A stretch of 62,972 nucleotides of DNA, filler included, from Asterionella formosa (lineage: Eukaryota), in NCBI GenBank assembly GCA_002256025.1. It is 14 parts of 14 records of this genome, joined end to end, with 100 filler letters (N's around TTAATTAATTAA, not from the genome) between each part and the next. Parts side by side here need not be neighbours in the genome. Positions count along the whole stretch, not along the records: positions 1 to 16,753 come from NKIB01004746.1; positions 16,854 to 33,596 come from NKIB01004748.1; 12 more parts are not named here. One strand, 5' to 3'. This document shows, in pieces, positions 12,620-24,616 of the stretch. The position numbers were made by a program, and so were the translations under genes. Each line of letters opens with the position of its first letter. Within the stretch, counting starts at the first letter, position 1. The notes below the pieces were generated by a model. The model did no database searches and was not told the DNA's origin. It saw only the letters and a list, made by a program, of their open reading frames with translations.

Positions 12620-13290
12620 TTATGAATTTATTTGGACTTGTGGTTGCGGAGGTGTTGGAGGAGCAACAGCTTGATAGCGGAGGTTTCTTGGTGCTGGCGG
12701 TGCAGAATTCTGGCAGTATCTGGCAGGAGGAGGAGCAGGAGCAGGAGCAGGATGCGTCGAAAACTTACTGGCTGATGTGGACGTTTGTGAATTGGAAAAT
12801 TGAGGAGGACAGTTTTGCTTAGGTTGATAGGGAGCAATGGAGTGTTGGTGCTGGCGAGATACGTTGCCCACATTGTTTGCGACCTGGAGACTTTGCAATC
12901 TTCGTGCGAGTTTCGATAAAACAGGAAAATAATTATGTTAGTGTGTGTAAATTATACCTCGTAAAACAACAATCAACTGGCAACATATTTCACCTCATTG
13001 GACAGGCTGGTTTGACCAGTGGATACTGATTTGTTGCATCATCAGGAAGTGGAGGAGTAACATGACAATAGCCTTTATCAACGTTCTGAAAAGGAAGAAA
13101 TATGTTTCATAATTAGTATACTCGACCATGGCGGGAAATTAAATATGACAACAACAATCAACAAGCACATACCTGTCCTCTTTTCCTTGTTGAATATGAG
13201 TTAATGCAGAACACCGGTTCCATCATGTTCCGGCTGCTTTGCGGAGTTTGCGATAGCTCATTGAGATTGACGACTTTTCGTTTGCCATTG
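12620..13290 (-). pseudogene. possible spliced gene remnant with Pro/Gln-rich C-terminus
   Basis: Short ORF segments separated by GT...AG-like boundaries and a terminal PAPAPAPPP/PPTPPQPQ segment. No family recognised. Confidence 0.25.
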
Positions 13291-13446
13291 TAGAAGATTA
13301 TGCAGAAGTAACAAAAGTAATATTGTGATTAGAAAGCAATGAGACAATGCTATTGAATGGCAGCGGAAAAAAAGCCAACACGTGAGCACTAAAACTTGCT
13401 GCCGAGATGTGATTTGAGATAGTGTAGAACACGTAAAAAACATACT

Positions 13447-14653
13447 GGGCGCGCTCTGATAATAAAAAATTATTACCCGTATATCATGTGTATTATAACA
13501 CAAATCGTTGTACCCATAACCCCAAAATTTGTGTTTGTGTTGACCAAATTTGGTAATCCTGGTAGGCACCCGGAGGTGCTTACCAGGTTTACCAAATTTG
13601 GTCAACACAAACATAAATTTTTTACAGTTATAAATAACAGTGCATTATATAAAAAGATGTTTAGACATGAATGACTATGTAGAATTTCCCGGAATATTTC
13701 AAGACTTGCTTGCTCATACTCAAAATGGCTTGCTCTTGCCAAAATAGGTATGCATATACATATGCATAGCTATTGTTACATATCAATCAACCTCCTCAAT
13801 AAATCGATCGTCATCGCTTTTAGATTTCGGCCATGTCTTCATCTTCTTCTGGTCAAAGGAGAGCAGCCAGGGAGGGCTTCCCTGCCTCTCCAAGGCTGCT
13901 TGAACGTCGCCGTCACCAGCAACAAGAACAACAAGAACAGACTCAACCAGAAGAAGAGGAGGAGGACGACGACGAGAATGAAGGTCCATGCTAACCCAAG
14001 CGCTAGACAACTGATGGAACAGAGGTATCTTTGCCTACCTTTCTTTGTTGTTGAATTTCTAACAATGAAATCCGTATTTTTCCTACAGGGAGTGAAGGAA
14101 TAAAAACATGGTTTGAACAGCTGGTGTAGGAGCTCGAAAGAAGCATGGTCAAACCCACACAAGGTAATCAGAGCATCATCATGCTTGCTGTTGAACAAAG
14201 TCCAGAATGGACTCGATAATGGATGCTGTAGTGCGTGGCAACGGATCTTGCCACTTCTTCTTCTGACCTCATCAACAGTCAAACTTTCCCTGAACGATGG
14301 CATCCTATTTACTGGTGGATAGCACATTGCTAACAGTAGCAATGTGATCATAATGTCATCATCATCATCATCAGGAGATGAGATGAAAGTCGACATGGTC
14401 AGTGACCGACGATGATGAATATATAGAACTCATGCATATAATGAACAAGAGGTGGCATAGCATACAAGAGGATGCATCGATATGAAAATTTAACTGTTGA
14501 AAATTAAAGATAAAAATATATATTATGTCAGAGAAGTAATCTAAAATATCTCTATTATCAGAGCGCAAGGACGATATATGTAGCAGATCACCAGAATAAT
14601 TTGTGTTATAATACACACATGATATAATAATTTTTTAATACCAGAGCGCGCCC
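13447..14653 (-). mobile_element. PIF/Harbinger-type non-autonomous element (internally deleted)
   Basis: TIRs GGGCGCGCTCTG(A/G)TA(A/T)TAAAAAATTATTA at both ends and a 3-bp TSD ACT (13444-13446, 14654-14656). Carries a transposase N-terminal fragment. Confidence 0.85.
13839..14396 (-). pseudogene. Harbinger-like transposase N-terminal fragment
   Basis: SPFWTLFNSKHDDALITLCGFDHASFELL...GRQRYL..ISCLALGLAW resembles the N-terminal/HTH part of stramenopile DDE_Tnp_4 transposases. No catalytic core is present. Confidence 0.65.
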
Positions 14654-15239
14654 ACTACAAAATATAGTTAAAATTTAAGGTTCCTGCATTTGAACCCCTA
14701 GCTCGAGGTAGGGTTAAAAAATAATATTCAGTCAGAGTAGTCAAACATAGACTTCTTACAAGTCAAACGTAAATGTATATCGCTAACGGAGCTTTCACCA
14801 ATACACACCCTTTCCATATGCTTAAATACAGTCATTTATCAAAGTAGGGGTATAGGTCAACGCTATATATCGTCAGAATATAGGATCTGGCGAGAAACTG
14901 CAGAAACGAACCTCGGTTTTTTAACTATGCTGAAAATAGTGGATTTTACCGGGCCAACTCGTTTATTTGGCCTAGTAAAAAAACAGAAGTTCCTTTCTGC
15001 AGTTTCTCGCCGAAAGTTAACTTCTGGGGCTATATGAAGATTACCCATTTGCTTAACTCTTCTTCAAACCCTGCCAACGTTGAGCTATCGTCGTCCAAAA
15101 ATTCGACAATATCGGCTTTTTCAACGGTCACCAAAATGTCAGAATCAGAATCACTAATCGCCGAAACGTCATCATCGGAATATGAGTCTTGTGATTCGAT
15201 TTTTGCATGCTTCACTATAAATATTTTGATTGGTCAAGT

Positions 15240-16146
15240 TCAATTACTTACCGACAATTGATTGGCCTGGTTTGCGCGGTCTTGCAAACCCAAGCTGGCC
15301 ACACTGGATGCACATGTAACATTTTCTTGGATGTTGGCTGGTACACTATCCACAGTAGTAGGTAGCTGATCATCATTGATCATACGCATACCAGTGTGAT
15401 CAGGCACTTTGCCTGCCGGTACATTGAATGGACAGAGTGCGCTGCTTTTCCTTTGATGATCATTGCGGCCACAATGATTGCAGACATTTGTTCGTTTCCT
15501 TCTTGTTTCCTGATGTTCCCTTCTGGTGAGCGCAACACCAGAACCGTAAGTCTTACCTGATTTGTTACCTTGCCTTTCCTGTTTGACTGTTTCGAATTGT
15601 GCTGCATGTATTTTTTTCACTTCGTCTCCTCTTTCGTTTGAATTGTGCTGCTTTATAGGCTCCATCGTCACTTCGTCGCTTTTCTTTTTGTCTCCAGAAG
15701 GATTCTTGCAGTGCTGACATCAACGGTTGTTTCATTGATGAAATCGGAAAGTCAAACACATCCTGCTCCAGAAATGATTCACATTGCTGTTCAATGGAAC
15801 GCTTTTGTTGTCTATTTGATGTAAAGTAAGTTACAAAGTCACGAAGTGATTGTTTGCAATATTCTTTTACAAATTTATAAACACAACTTTTTCAATACAT
15901 ATCTTCCTGCAGAAATTTCGACAATGTTTTATAGTCGATTATATGATTCATGTTCAGTTGAGAGAAGGCTGTTTTAACTGGTGACGATGTGATTGCTAGT
16001 TCAATTGGTGAAGTGGTTGTTGTACGGGGACAAAAAGGCATCTTAGGGGTCCACCAATTTTGATTTTCATCGGACGCTATATTTCGTCCTCCTTGACCAC
16101 CAACACCAATTTCGGAAATGAGACGGCTACGACTGGGACGTGGCAT
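15240..16146 (-). pseudogene. Kolobok-type transposase remnant (N-terminus joined to C-terminus, no catalytic core seen)
   Basis: The N-terminal MPRPSRSR...HIIDYKTLSKFLQEDMY segment is followed by stops and frameshifts, then a basic helix, TYGSGVAL and CNHCGRNDHQRKSSALCP. Confidence 0.6.
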
Positions 16147-16336
16147 GAATTTGTCTTATAATAGTTGGCTGGTGGTGTTGCTGTTTTTGATGGCTGGTTG
16201 ATTCGTTATATTGTGTAAAAATAAAAAATATATTTGTCATTCATGCCACCTCATTTCTAGAAGGTTTTGAAACATTGTACGTTGGTGGATTGAAGTTTTT
16301 GATTCACTAATGAAATAAATGAAAATCGTAAAAACA

Positions 16337-16753
16337 CTAATCACTAATAGATTTAGAACATTTAGAATGTTTGGAAGTTGGTTTGAAACCAGTGTACACT
16401 TCGTTGGGGTCCTTGTTCTTCAAAAGAGATCGAGCCCCCTTCAAACAACAGTCAGGAAGTTGCATCCGAACACCTTTTCCCAATGGACCACTGAATACTC
16501 TGATTAGAAATTTGAACAGAGGAAGATTGCGGGCTCTTGATGCCGTATTGTCTTCATCCTTCAACCTGGTAAGAATGGATTTACCTTCCAGAAACTTCTC
16601 CACCAACTCTTCGACTTCATCCCATCGGCACTGACATTCAGGGCAGCAAAAATCGCAGCATTCGCAGAAGATGCGATCCTCACATCCCTCCACATACGAC
16701 TCTACAATCAACCGGTCTTGGCAGGTAGGACAACTATCATGACTGTAGTTGAA
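16337..16753 (-). CDS. KolX / P2X7 ballast-like Cys-rich protein (5' partial)
   Basis: The frame is open to the contig end. Cys cluster CPTC...CECCDFCCPECQC followed by FKFLIRVFSGPLGKGVRMQLPDCC...R...YTGFK. Confidence 0.72.
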   Translation of the reverse strand, partial: FNYSHDSCPTCQDRLIVESYVEGCEDRIFCECCDFCCPECQCRWDEVEELVEKFLEGKSILTRLKDEDNTASRARNLPLFKFLIRVFSGPLGKGVRMQLPDCCLKGARSLLKNKDPNEVYTGFKPTSKHSKCSKSISD

Positions 16754-16853
16754 NNNNNNNNNNNNNNNNNNNNNNNNNNNNNNNNNNNNNNNNNNNNTTA
16801 ATTAATTAANNNNNNNNNNNNNNNNNNNNNNNNNNNNNNNNNNNNNNNNNNNN
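16754..16853. other. artificial contig linker N44-TTAATTAATTAA-N44; the same linker starts at 33597, 34738, 35879, 37023, 53856, 54996, 56136, 57276, 58416, 59556, 60695 and 61834
   Basis: Thirteen identical 100-bp spacers with stop codons in all six frames. Confidence 0.98.
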
Positions 16854-19800
16854 CCATCTTGAGGACCATACGGCCAATCACTGCATCACCATTGGGATCA
16901 TGCCAACGATGAGCATTGACTTGAATTGGGTTTATTGGGTGCGTCTCAAACTTACACCCTTTTAAGGTTGGATCAATCATCCATGTATTTAAACTTGAGG
17001 AGGCCAACGTGAGCATCAAAAAGTGTGCGCAGCTATCGGCGCTTCGTCCTGCATTCATTTGCCAAATTGCACCTCCCCAAAAACAAGATGTCTGAGTTCC
17101 AATGATTGAAGCCTTCACCATCTTTTTGTTGCAATTGAAGGAAATCAGAGGGACTGAAAGACTTGTTGAATCACCACCCCACCACTCACTAGTCGTGGGT
17201 CCGACTGATGGGTCTGTGACCAAGAAGTAAGCCGATGAACCAGGTGCAGTGTAACCTGGGCTAGTGTACCCTTTTGTCAAATTCACAGTGGCAGTAACCT
17301 GGGGAATATATAGATTTAAATTGACTCGAAGGTCGGCAAAGCGACTGCCATCTGGGTTGGATGCTGTCACAGCAGGAATGAGGGCCTTGTAGGTCCCGAA
17401 TGAAAATGCAGAGTTGAGATCATATGGGATCCAAAACTTCACTCCATGAGTGGAGTCAGCGGCAACTGGTGATGGGAGAGAGCTGAGCAGTGAAGCAGAA
17501 ATCTCGTTGGTGAAGCGTGTCGCCAAAACAGTAAGTACTGATGTGCTCTTGTCTTCCATACGAGTCACTGTAATATTAAAGGCACTCCTGTTACCAAGAT
17601 TTGATGATGGGACTACCGAAGAATAAGAAATGGATTCAGTTCCACGCCACTTCAAGACAGTGGACTTTTCCTCACAGTCTAGATCGGAGATACAGATTTT
17701 GGAGATATCAATGTCTCCTGATTCACCAAGCCATCCACGACCAACCTTCACCGTTGCAGCAATACCATCCAAAGGCTGAGCAGGAAGGTTGATGGTGCGA
17801 GTGAAAAGAAGAGTTGTAGCACTGGTAGACACAATGTTAGGATACGAAACTGAATTGTAGCGATACAAGTCAACTTTGGTGGGTTGATCAGCAATCGCAA
17901 TATTGAAGGAAAAGAAACGAGTAGCAGTGGAGCTACTAAGGTCTGGCACAGCAACTAAACCTTTCATTTTGGTTCCAGTGGCATAGGTGACTTCAACATA
18001 GTACCTTGCACCACTGAACAGGGAAGCCACAAGAGTAAGATCAAATGGATCCGGGAATCGGAATGTATTCCCAGCACTGGAGCGCACTGGAGGGTAGATT
18101 TGGCAAGTTTCCAACAATTTTCCCAGTGTTCCAATAAATGTGAGAACGGGAACACCGACCTTTACAGGTGGCATAGCATAGCTATCAACAAGAGAAACAA
18201 CTTGAGCATCTGTTACCTTGTCGTAGTTGCGAGTTGCTTCATTGAACAAGTATGCTCCATCACTTGGTACCCCGGAAGTCTTTGATGACAGAAGCACTGG
18301 TGATGCTTTTGCCCAGTTTTGAGACTTCTGGGCGTGGTAGGCAGTGTACTGTGGGAAACAAGTCTCGGAGTTTGGGTCTTCTCCGCCATTCATTGGATCA
18401 TTCTTCCCATCGTTGGTATATGGGTTGTACCACGTACGAAATCTACGGGAGACTGTATCATATCCCCAGGGATTGAATTTTGTATTGACTCCGTCCATTG
18501 GATACTCATCAGCAATACCCCAGCTCACTGATGTACCAGACGTAAAGTGTTCCATTGTCTGTGAATGGCCAAGTTCATGAATTAACGCGTTGCCGCACTC
18601 ATCACCTGGTGCCATGGCACACCAGCCTGTCCAAGCGGCAGCAGTCCACCCATCCCAATAACCCAAGTAATCCCAATAAACGCTTCCGTCAGCTTGCTGA
18701 CCAGTAAGAGACCAACCCATAAAGATTGAAGTTTGCGAAGCGTATGGAGTGTATTCGTCATCAGTTGTTTCAGCAAAGCCCCTCCCTACGTTGGCCATGG
18801 AATGGCGAAAGGTTAATTGATTCTTTAACACTTCCCACTGTGGCTCAGTTCCATAATCTGTTTGTCCAGCATCAATGAATGCCTGCCTCCTCTCTGCTTC
18901 ACTGCGGACAAGCCTTGCCCCATTTGCTGTAGCGACAACTAGGTATGGCAAGTGCCACAACTCAGAGTCAACCCAGCTAAGTGTCGCCAACGGCATTGCT
19001 GCAAACATACCTGTTGCCAGCTTTGAGGCACCATAAGTAAATGAGTTAAGACTAGCAATGTCAGTGGAATTGCCGAAGATTGCCACCTTGGTTCGGATGA
19101 AGGTGTGCTCTCCCCATTGCACCAAATAGCTCAGGGTGTGCGAGTGAGTGAGAATTTTGCCACTTAGTGTATGATTGACAGAAATGCGAAGTTGGTTTCC
19201 TTCCTTCATCCAACGCCAAGGAATCGTGACACTCCACATATCAATCAAGCTGTAAGGATCAAGTTTCGATGTGACCAAAGCCTGTTCCAAGAGCGGGCGT
19301 TGCAATGTTTGGTTGCGAACTGGCATTGTCCCTAGCAGCGCCCCCGACTGGTTGAAAACATCAAGCATGACAATGGCTGACTGGCTTGGGATGAATGCAA
19401 GCTTGGCACTTGGACTGCGTGTGGTGTTTGTTCCTGTGTCGACCAACGAGCCATCCAAACTTCCGCTGATCTGAACCTGACGAAGTCCCCACTTTTTCGT
19501 TGTGTCAAAAACACCATTATAAGTTCCTCCCCGCAAACGGATCGATACATATCGGGCAGCAGTTTTGGGGATAGTAATGGTGACTCGTTGATTGAGGCTT
19601 GTTGCGGATCCTCCATTAAACAACGTCCAAGTAGTGCCGCCATCACGGCGCACGCCAATCTGGATCGACTGAACTTCACTGTAGTACCAAATTTGGACCG
19701 CAACACCTTGGATGGTGCGCTGAGCCTGCAAATCAAAATTTATGTCGATATCGTTGATATTTCCAGGAATGTAATACTCTGTTGATGGTTCGATCAATCT

Positions 19801-20322
19801 TGTTTTGTTGCTTGGGTATCCACTGCCCCAAACATTGGAAGCGTTAACAAGATCAACAGTAAAATTTCCAATCAACTCAAGACCAAAGACATGATTCACT
19901 GTTGCAGTGGGAGCTGAGGACGGCGACACTGTTGGCTGGGCATCCAAAGTTGGGAAGAAGAGCAGCTCGGCCTCACGCTCTGCCACGATCCTTGGGGCAC
20001 GTCGTGTTTCTCCAACAGTGCGGACCACATGAGTCTGACCAATTTCTGTATACCCAAGCCACCTTGTTTCTACCTGGCATGCGTTTCGGGCCCACACACA
20101 TTGGCCACATAGAGTCTCTGTATTGCATGTGCCTGGTGTACTCAAGGACGGACAGATTTGATCACAGGTTAATGGCACAGTCGTTGGAACCTTAGTAGGA
20201 TTGGCGGTTGGACTTGTCGTCGCGGCGAACACGCTCGTTAGCAAGCACAGAGTTATCGCAATGCCTAGCCGATAGGCAGGGTATTGCAAAGAAGACGTAA
20301 CAAAGGGCTGATTGATTGTCAT
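16854..20322 (-). CDS. secreted M66-family (StcE/TagA/dictomallein-like) zinc metalloprotease with a galactose-binding-like domain; 3' truncated at contig end
   Basis: Signal-peptide-like N-terminus, TSPTANPT linker, IGQTHV, zinc motif HELGHSQTMEH, WGYD and Met-turn DPMNGG. A discoidin-like segment (FDL...ARYVSIRL...WGLRQVQISG) is present. Single ORF of more than 1150 aa. Confidence 0.82.
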
Positions 20323-21579
20323 TGTACATGTCAATACTTCCTGTTTTTGTGAGCAATTTATGTGTAGATTTTAGAGTCAAGGAAATAATTTCGTTTTGAC
20401 ATTAGCATCAAACATGTCATATTTTTGTGCAGTCACTATTGTTCCTTGCGAAAAGACTGTCAGGCATTTTTTGAAATCCTGCAGGGCGATGTCAATCTTG
20501 CCAAGTTCGCTTTTAATTCCTTAAAGTTGTGTATTCCGGTTGGTAGTTGGTAGGTACTTTCGACATTTTCTTTTCATTCATTCAAGGCTACGTAAATATC
20601 GTATTGTAGTTTGCAGGTGTTTGATTTCAAAACCGCCTACGTATTTCACAGTTTAGGTATACAAATACTACCCGGTCCAACAGGTTGCCATCATGGTATT
20701 GTACTCCATGTATGTATAAGGCTAGCGCCGTGGTTCCTGTCGAATATGAGATAGTATTTTTCATCGCTCGTCGTGAATACGAAGTCTGGCATTCAAATCA
20801 TCCCATATACTGTTTCAACATGTACCTCAAATGGTCTACCGGTACGGGAAACATTCATACAATGAGGTGAATCTCATTTATGCTTTTCATATACAAACGT
20901 AGACGAATGATATGATGCCGAGTTTTCTACTGGTATGTTTCAATGTAAAATATTTAGTCATTCTAATAATTAAGATTATGACTGTATCAAAATACCGTAT
21001 ATACAAAATTCCGATTTATGTCTAGACAACCAGGTAGGAGTACCTGGTGTACACGATACCTTGCGTTTTTATGCGGCGAATGAATACCGGTATGTTCGAC
21101 ATCCCCTGGAATAGCTTGTATTTTCGTGGGAACAGTCTTTGTCAAAAGTCAGTTGTATGAACAAACGTTTTCATGGAATACCGCTGCATCTACTTTTACG
21201 TCGTGACTAAAATCAGATATTGCAACAAAAGTTTGTGCCTCTTCTATGATTTTTCGGGTGCATCTACTTTCAATTCGTGCACTCAATATGATATCTAGTA
21301 AACATTTGTCCTATCATGTGTGCTTCTTATATGGTGTTTGTCGGGATTGCAACTGCTCCTGTGACAATACAAATGTCGATGTTGGATGACCCTTCAAATC
21401 ATATTACGATCATGTTCATTCTCCCTTGCCCTACAAACAAAGGTCGTAGACTAAGGGCATAAATGCGAATCACTGCTCAATCACTCATTGAGATTTTGCA
21501 AACAAAGGTTGTATAGACTAGAGGCATGAATTCGATTCACTCAATTTTACTTACGTCCCTGTAACAATAACAGGAAACA

Positions 21580-23345
21580 ATGTACCCTGTGATGGCATTT
21601 TCGGTACATTTTTGACCGATTTTCGCCCTCCAAATGCAGACACACCACCTTGTATTTGGAGCGACAAGGTTTTCCAATACAATGTGTCAGTCATTTGATG
21701 TTCCATTTTCCCAATAGAAGGTCACATACATAATTCCAATACAAAGTTCACCTTGTAATGCAAAAAGGCCAGTGTGTCAAGTCCAATTCAATGTAAAAAA
21801 CTCTGAGTATTGCTCCAATTCAAGGTGATGTTCCTTAATTTGGCATGGAAATCTCACCCAATAATGACAAATAGACTCACTTTTACCTTCTTCCACCATG
21901 GTAGACATTGTAGATATGTCAAGTCCATTTATAAACATTTATAAATGTGTCACATTATCTAGTTGACGTTAATAGTTGTGGCCTTACTCATCCAACTATT
22001 TGTATAGCTAGCATTGGTGATAATTTGAATTCTCTCATGCTTTATGACTCCAAACTAATTATGAGCTAAACCTAAAACTCCAAAGATGAACTTTTCTCAG
22101 ATTGCTTGTTGTCCATCACAACAACTATTGAATCCCAAACATGATCTGTTTCCCCACCATGATTACTCCCATGTCTTGGTTGCTCACACTTTAGAATAAG
22201 TGAATTGACATCTCATGTCAAACTCAAGATTCATGCCATTGACTTATTACACGCCATCTTTCATTCCAACATAATCATAATGTCATTCGATTGCATTCAG
22301 GTTTTCTCGATTTATTGTTCGTGCATGCAATTTATTAACCGTGCTGTTGCTTCTGTCCTTGAAGTGCTTCAATGTTAAAATCTTTCAGAGAGCTCCAATT
22401 CGAATTGAATGATGATGGCAAAGGATTGGTGAATTGCGATGATGGCAATGCTTGGACTCGAAAGACCAACATGATTCAAAAAATTTCAGAAATTCATTAT
22501 TGCTATAGGACTCAATAATGCATTCGGTTCTTGTTAAACTCGCAAAATAATAATTAATGTTGGCAAAAGAATACATTACTATTATAGACATTAGTTTACT
22601 ATTAGCCTTAAAATAATTATCCTCATACTGCTATGGGCTTCGTACATGAGTTATTGAGTCCAATTCAAGGTACACCTGCTTGTATGGGCATTTCCAAAAC
22701 AAGATATACCTTAAATCGGAACTAACGATCTGATTGGTAACCAATACTACAACAAGGTGGATGCAAAATAGAAGAACAAATACAAGGTTCTCCGTTGTAT
22801 TGGACATTAAACTCTATTTCGGAAAAAAACATTTATATCTTGTATTGGGAAAAATTCTGGTCATTTCGTGAAATACCTTGTATTGGAAAAACAAGACTAT
22901 TTCTTTGTATTGGTGACGGCACGGATTCACAACTCTAACGATGAAGCTAGCCAATACAAGGTCAACCTTGCTTGTTTTGGTAAATTTCTCTTTCACCTTG
23001 TATAAGATTCCAAAACAAGGTATTTTAGTTTCCTTTTTACACAGAAAACTACCCAATTTGGAGCCCCCATTAAGTACTCAATTCGGACTCCAAATTGGAA
23101 TTTCGAGTTGCTTTTGCTTCCAATTTGAGAATACCAATTTGGTGACACTGGGAGTAATATAGGTGAAGTCACATAATACGTAACCATTACCTTTATGTGG
23201 AAATCTGATCCCCAGAAGTTGGAAAGGCTTGATACCAATTTGGGTCAAAATTGGTAGCAATTGCTACCAATCAGGGAACTTCCCCAAAAATGTGTCTAAA
23301 AAGATGAAGGGAAATGGGAGATTAAACATGCCCTTACAAGTACCG
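21580..23345. repeat. non-coding tract with clustered short motif repeats (probable DNA-transposon subterminal arrays)
   Basis: Many CCTTGTATTGG/TCCAATACAAGG variants at ~21648-21830 and ~22658-23020, and CCAATTTGG/CCAAATTGG variants at ~23050-23270. Confidence 0.5.
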
Positions 23346-23670
23346 TTGCAATGGACAAACTGTTTAAAGGTAGCTACTTTCACACTTATCTATATAAAGA
23401 AAAGACAAATTTTATTTACACAGTGGGTATATATAGGTATAAAGTAAACTGAACAAAGATCATACTATTGGGTATGTACATAATCATATCATGTCTTTCA
23501 ACAAGATGTACATAGTTGTCCATAACTACCGATACCTTGCTTGTTAGTACTACATACTCCGAGCAGTCCTTAGTTGTGAACATGATAAATGTAGATGAAA
23601 TAGGGCTCTACTTACACCATTGCATGTTGTAAAATGTATTACTGTACATCACGATGATACAAACACTTAA

Positions 23671-24616
23671 GGTTCCTGCATTTGAACCCCTATACCGAGG
23701 TAGGGTTTAAAAAATAATATTATGTCAGAGTAGTCAAACATAGACTTCTTACAAGAAAACGTAAATGTAAATCGCTAAACGGAGCTTTCACCAATAAACA
23801 CCCTTTCCATATGCTTAAAAACAGTCATTTATCAAAGTAGGGGTATAGGTCAACGCTATATCTCGTCAGGATATAGGATCTGGCGAGAAACTGCAGAAAG
23901 GAACTTTTTTCACTATGCTGAAAATAGTGGATTTTACCGGGCCAACTCGTTTATTTGGCCTAGTAAAAAAACCGAACTTCCTTTCTGCAGTTTCTCGCCG
24001 AAAGTTAACTTCTGGGGCTATATGAAGATTACCTATGTACTTAACTCTTCTTCAAACCCTGCCAACGTTGAGCTATCGTCGTCCAAAAATTCGACAATAT
24101 CGGCCTTTTCAACGGTCACCAAAATATCACTAATCGCCGAAACGTCATCATCGGAATGGTAGTCTTGTGCTAAAAGTTTTAGTGGTAAAATCTAGAGTAC
24201 AATAAGTTCCATTGTAATTGCCCGTTGTATTATTCATATTCTGATTGGTTATCCTTATATCCGTTCGATTGGCACGGTTTGCGAGGTCTTGCAATCCCAC
24301 GCCGGCCACACTGGATGCACATGAAGCATTTTCTTGGGTTTTGGCCGATCCTACCCGTATACCGGTATCCGTACGAAGTAGGAATACCGAGTAGAATAGC
24401 AATATAAAATTCAGCGATCAAGAATCTATCAATACATATTTAATGCATTTGAAATGGAATCTATATGATACGTACGCGCAAATTTCCACTCATTTGAATA
24501 TTTCAAAAGAATCATTGATATTCAAATTAGCACATAAAAGTTCTTAGTTCCAGGGAATTTCGGCAAGCCTAAGGAATTTTTGCTAATTTTTGCCTAGGGG
24601 TTCAAATGCAGGAACC
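23671..24616. mobile_element. 946-bp Kolobok-like MITE (deletion derivative of the 14679 family)
   Basis: Perfect 22-bp TIR GGTTCCTGCATTTGAACCCCTA with TTAA on both sides. 23671-24150 matches 14679-15180 and 24270-24340 matches 15260-15340. Confidence 0.9.

Larger units (their letters stand above)
14679..16753 (-). mobile_element. Kolobok-like DNA transposon (deleted transposase plus KolX-like gene), truncated by contig end
   Basis: TTAA (14675-14678) followed by the terminus GGTTCCTGCATTTGAACCCCTAG, which matches both TIRs of 23671-24616. Internal KolX-like and transposase-like ORFs. Confidence 0.75.

Noticed and set aside
16754..16853. TTAATTAATTAA repeated 13 times, ORFs ending in X..LIN, and apparent neighbourhoods such as KolX next to M66
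   Set aside because: Artificial six-frame-stop linkers. Contig lengths (16753, 16743, 16733 and ~1040 bp) suggest ordering by name or size rather than biology.
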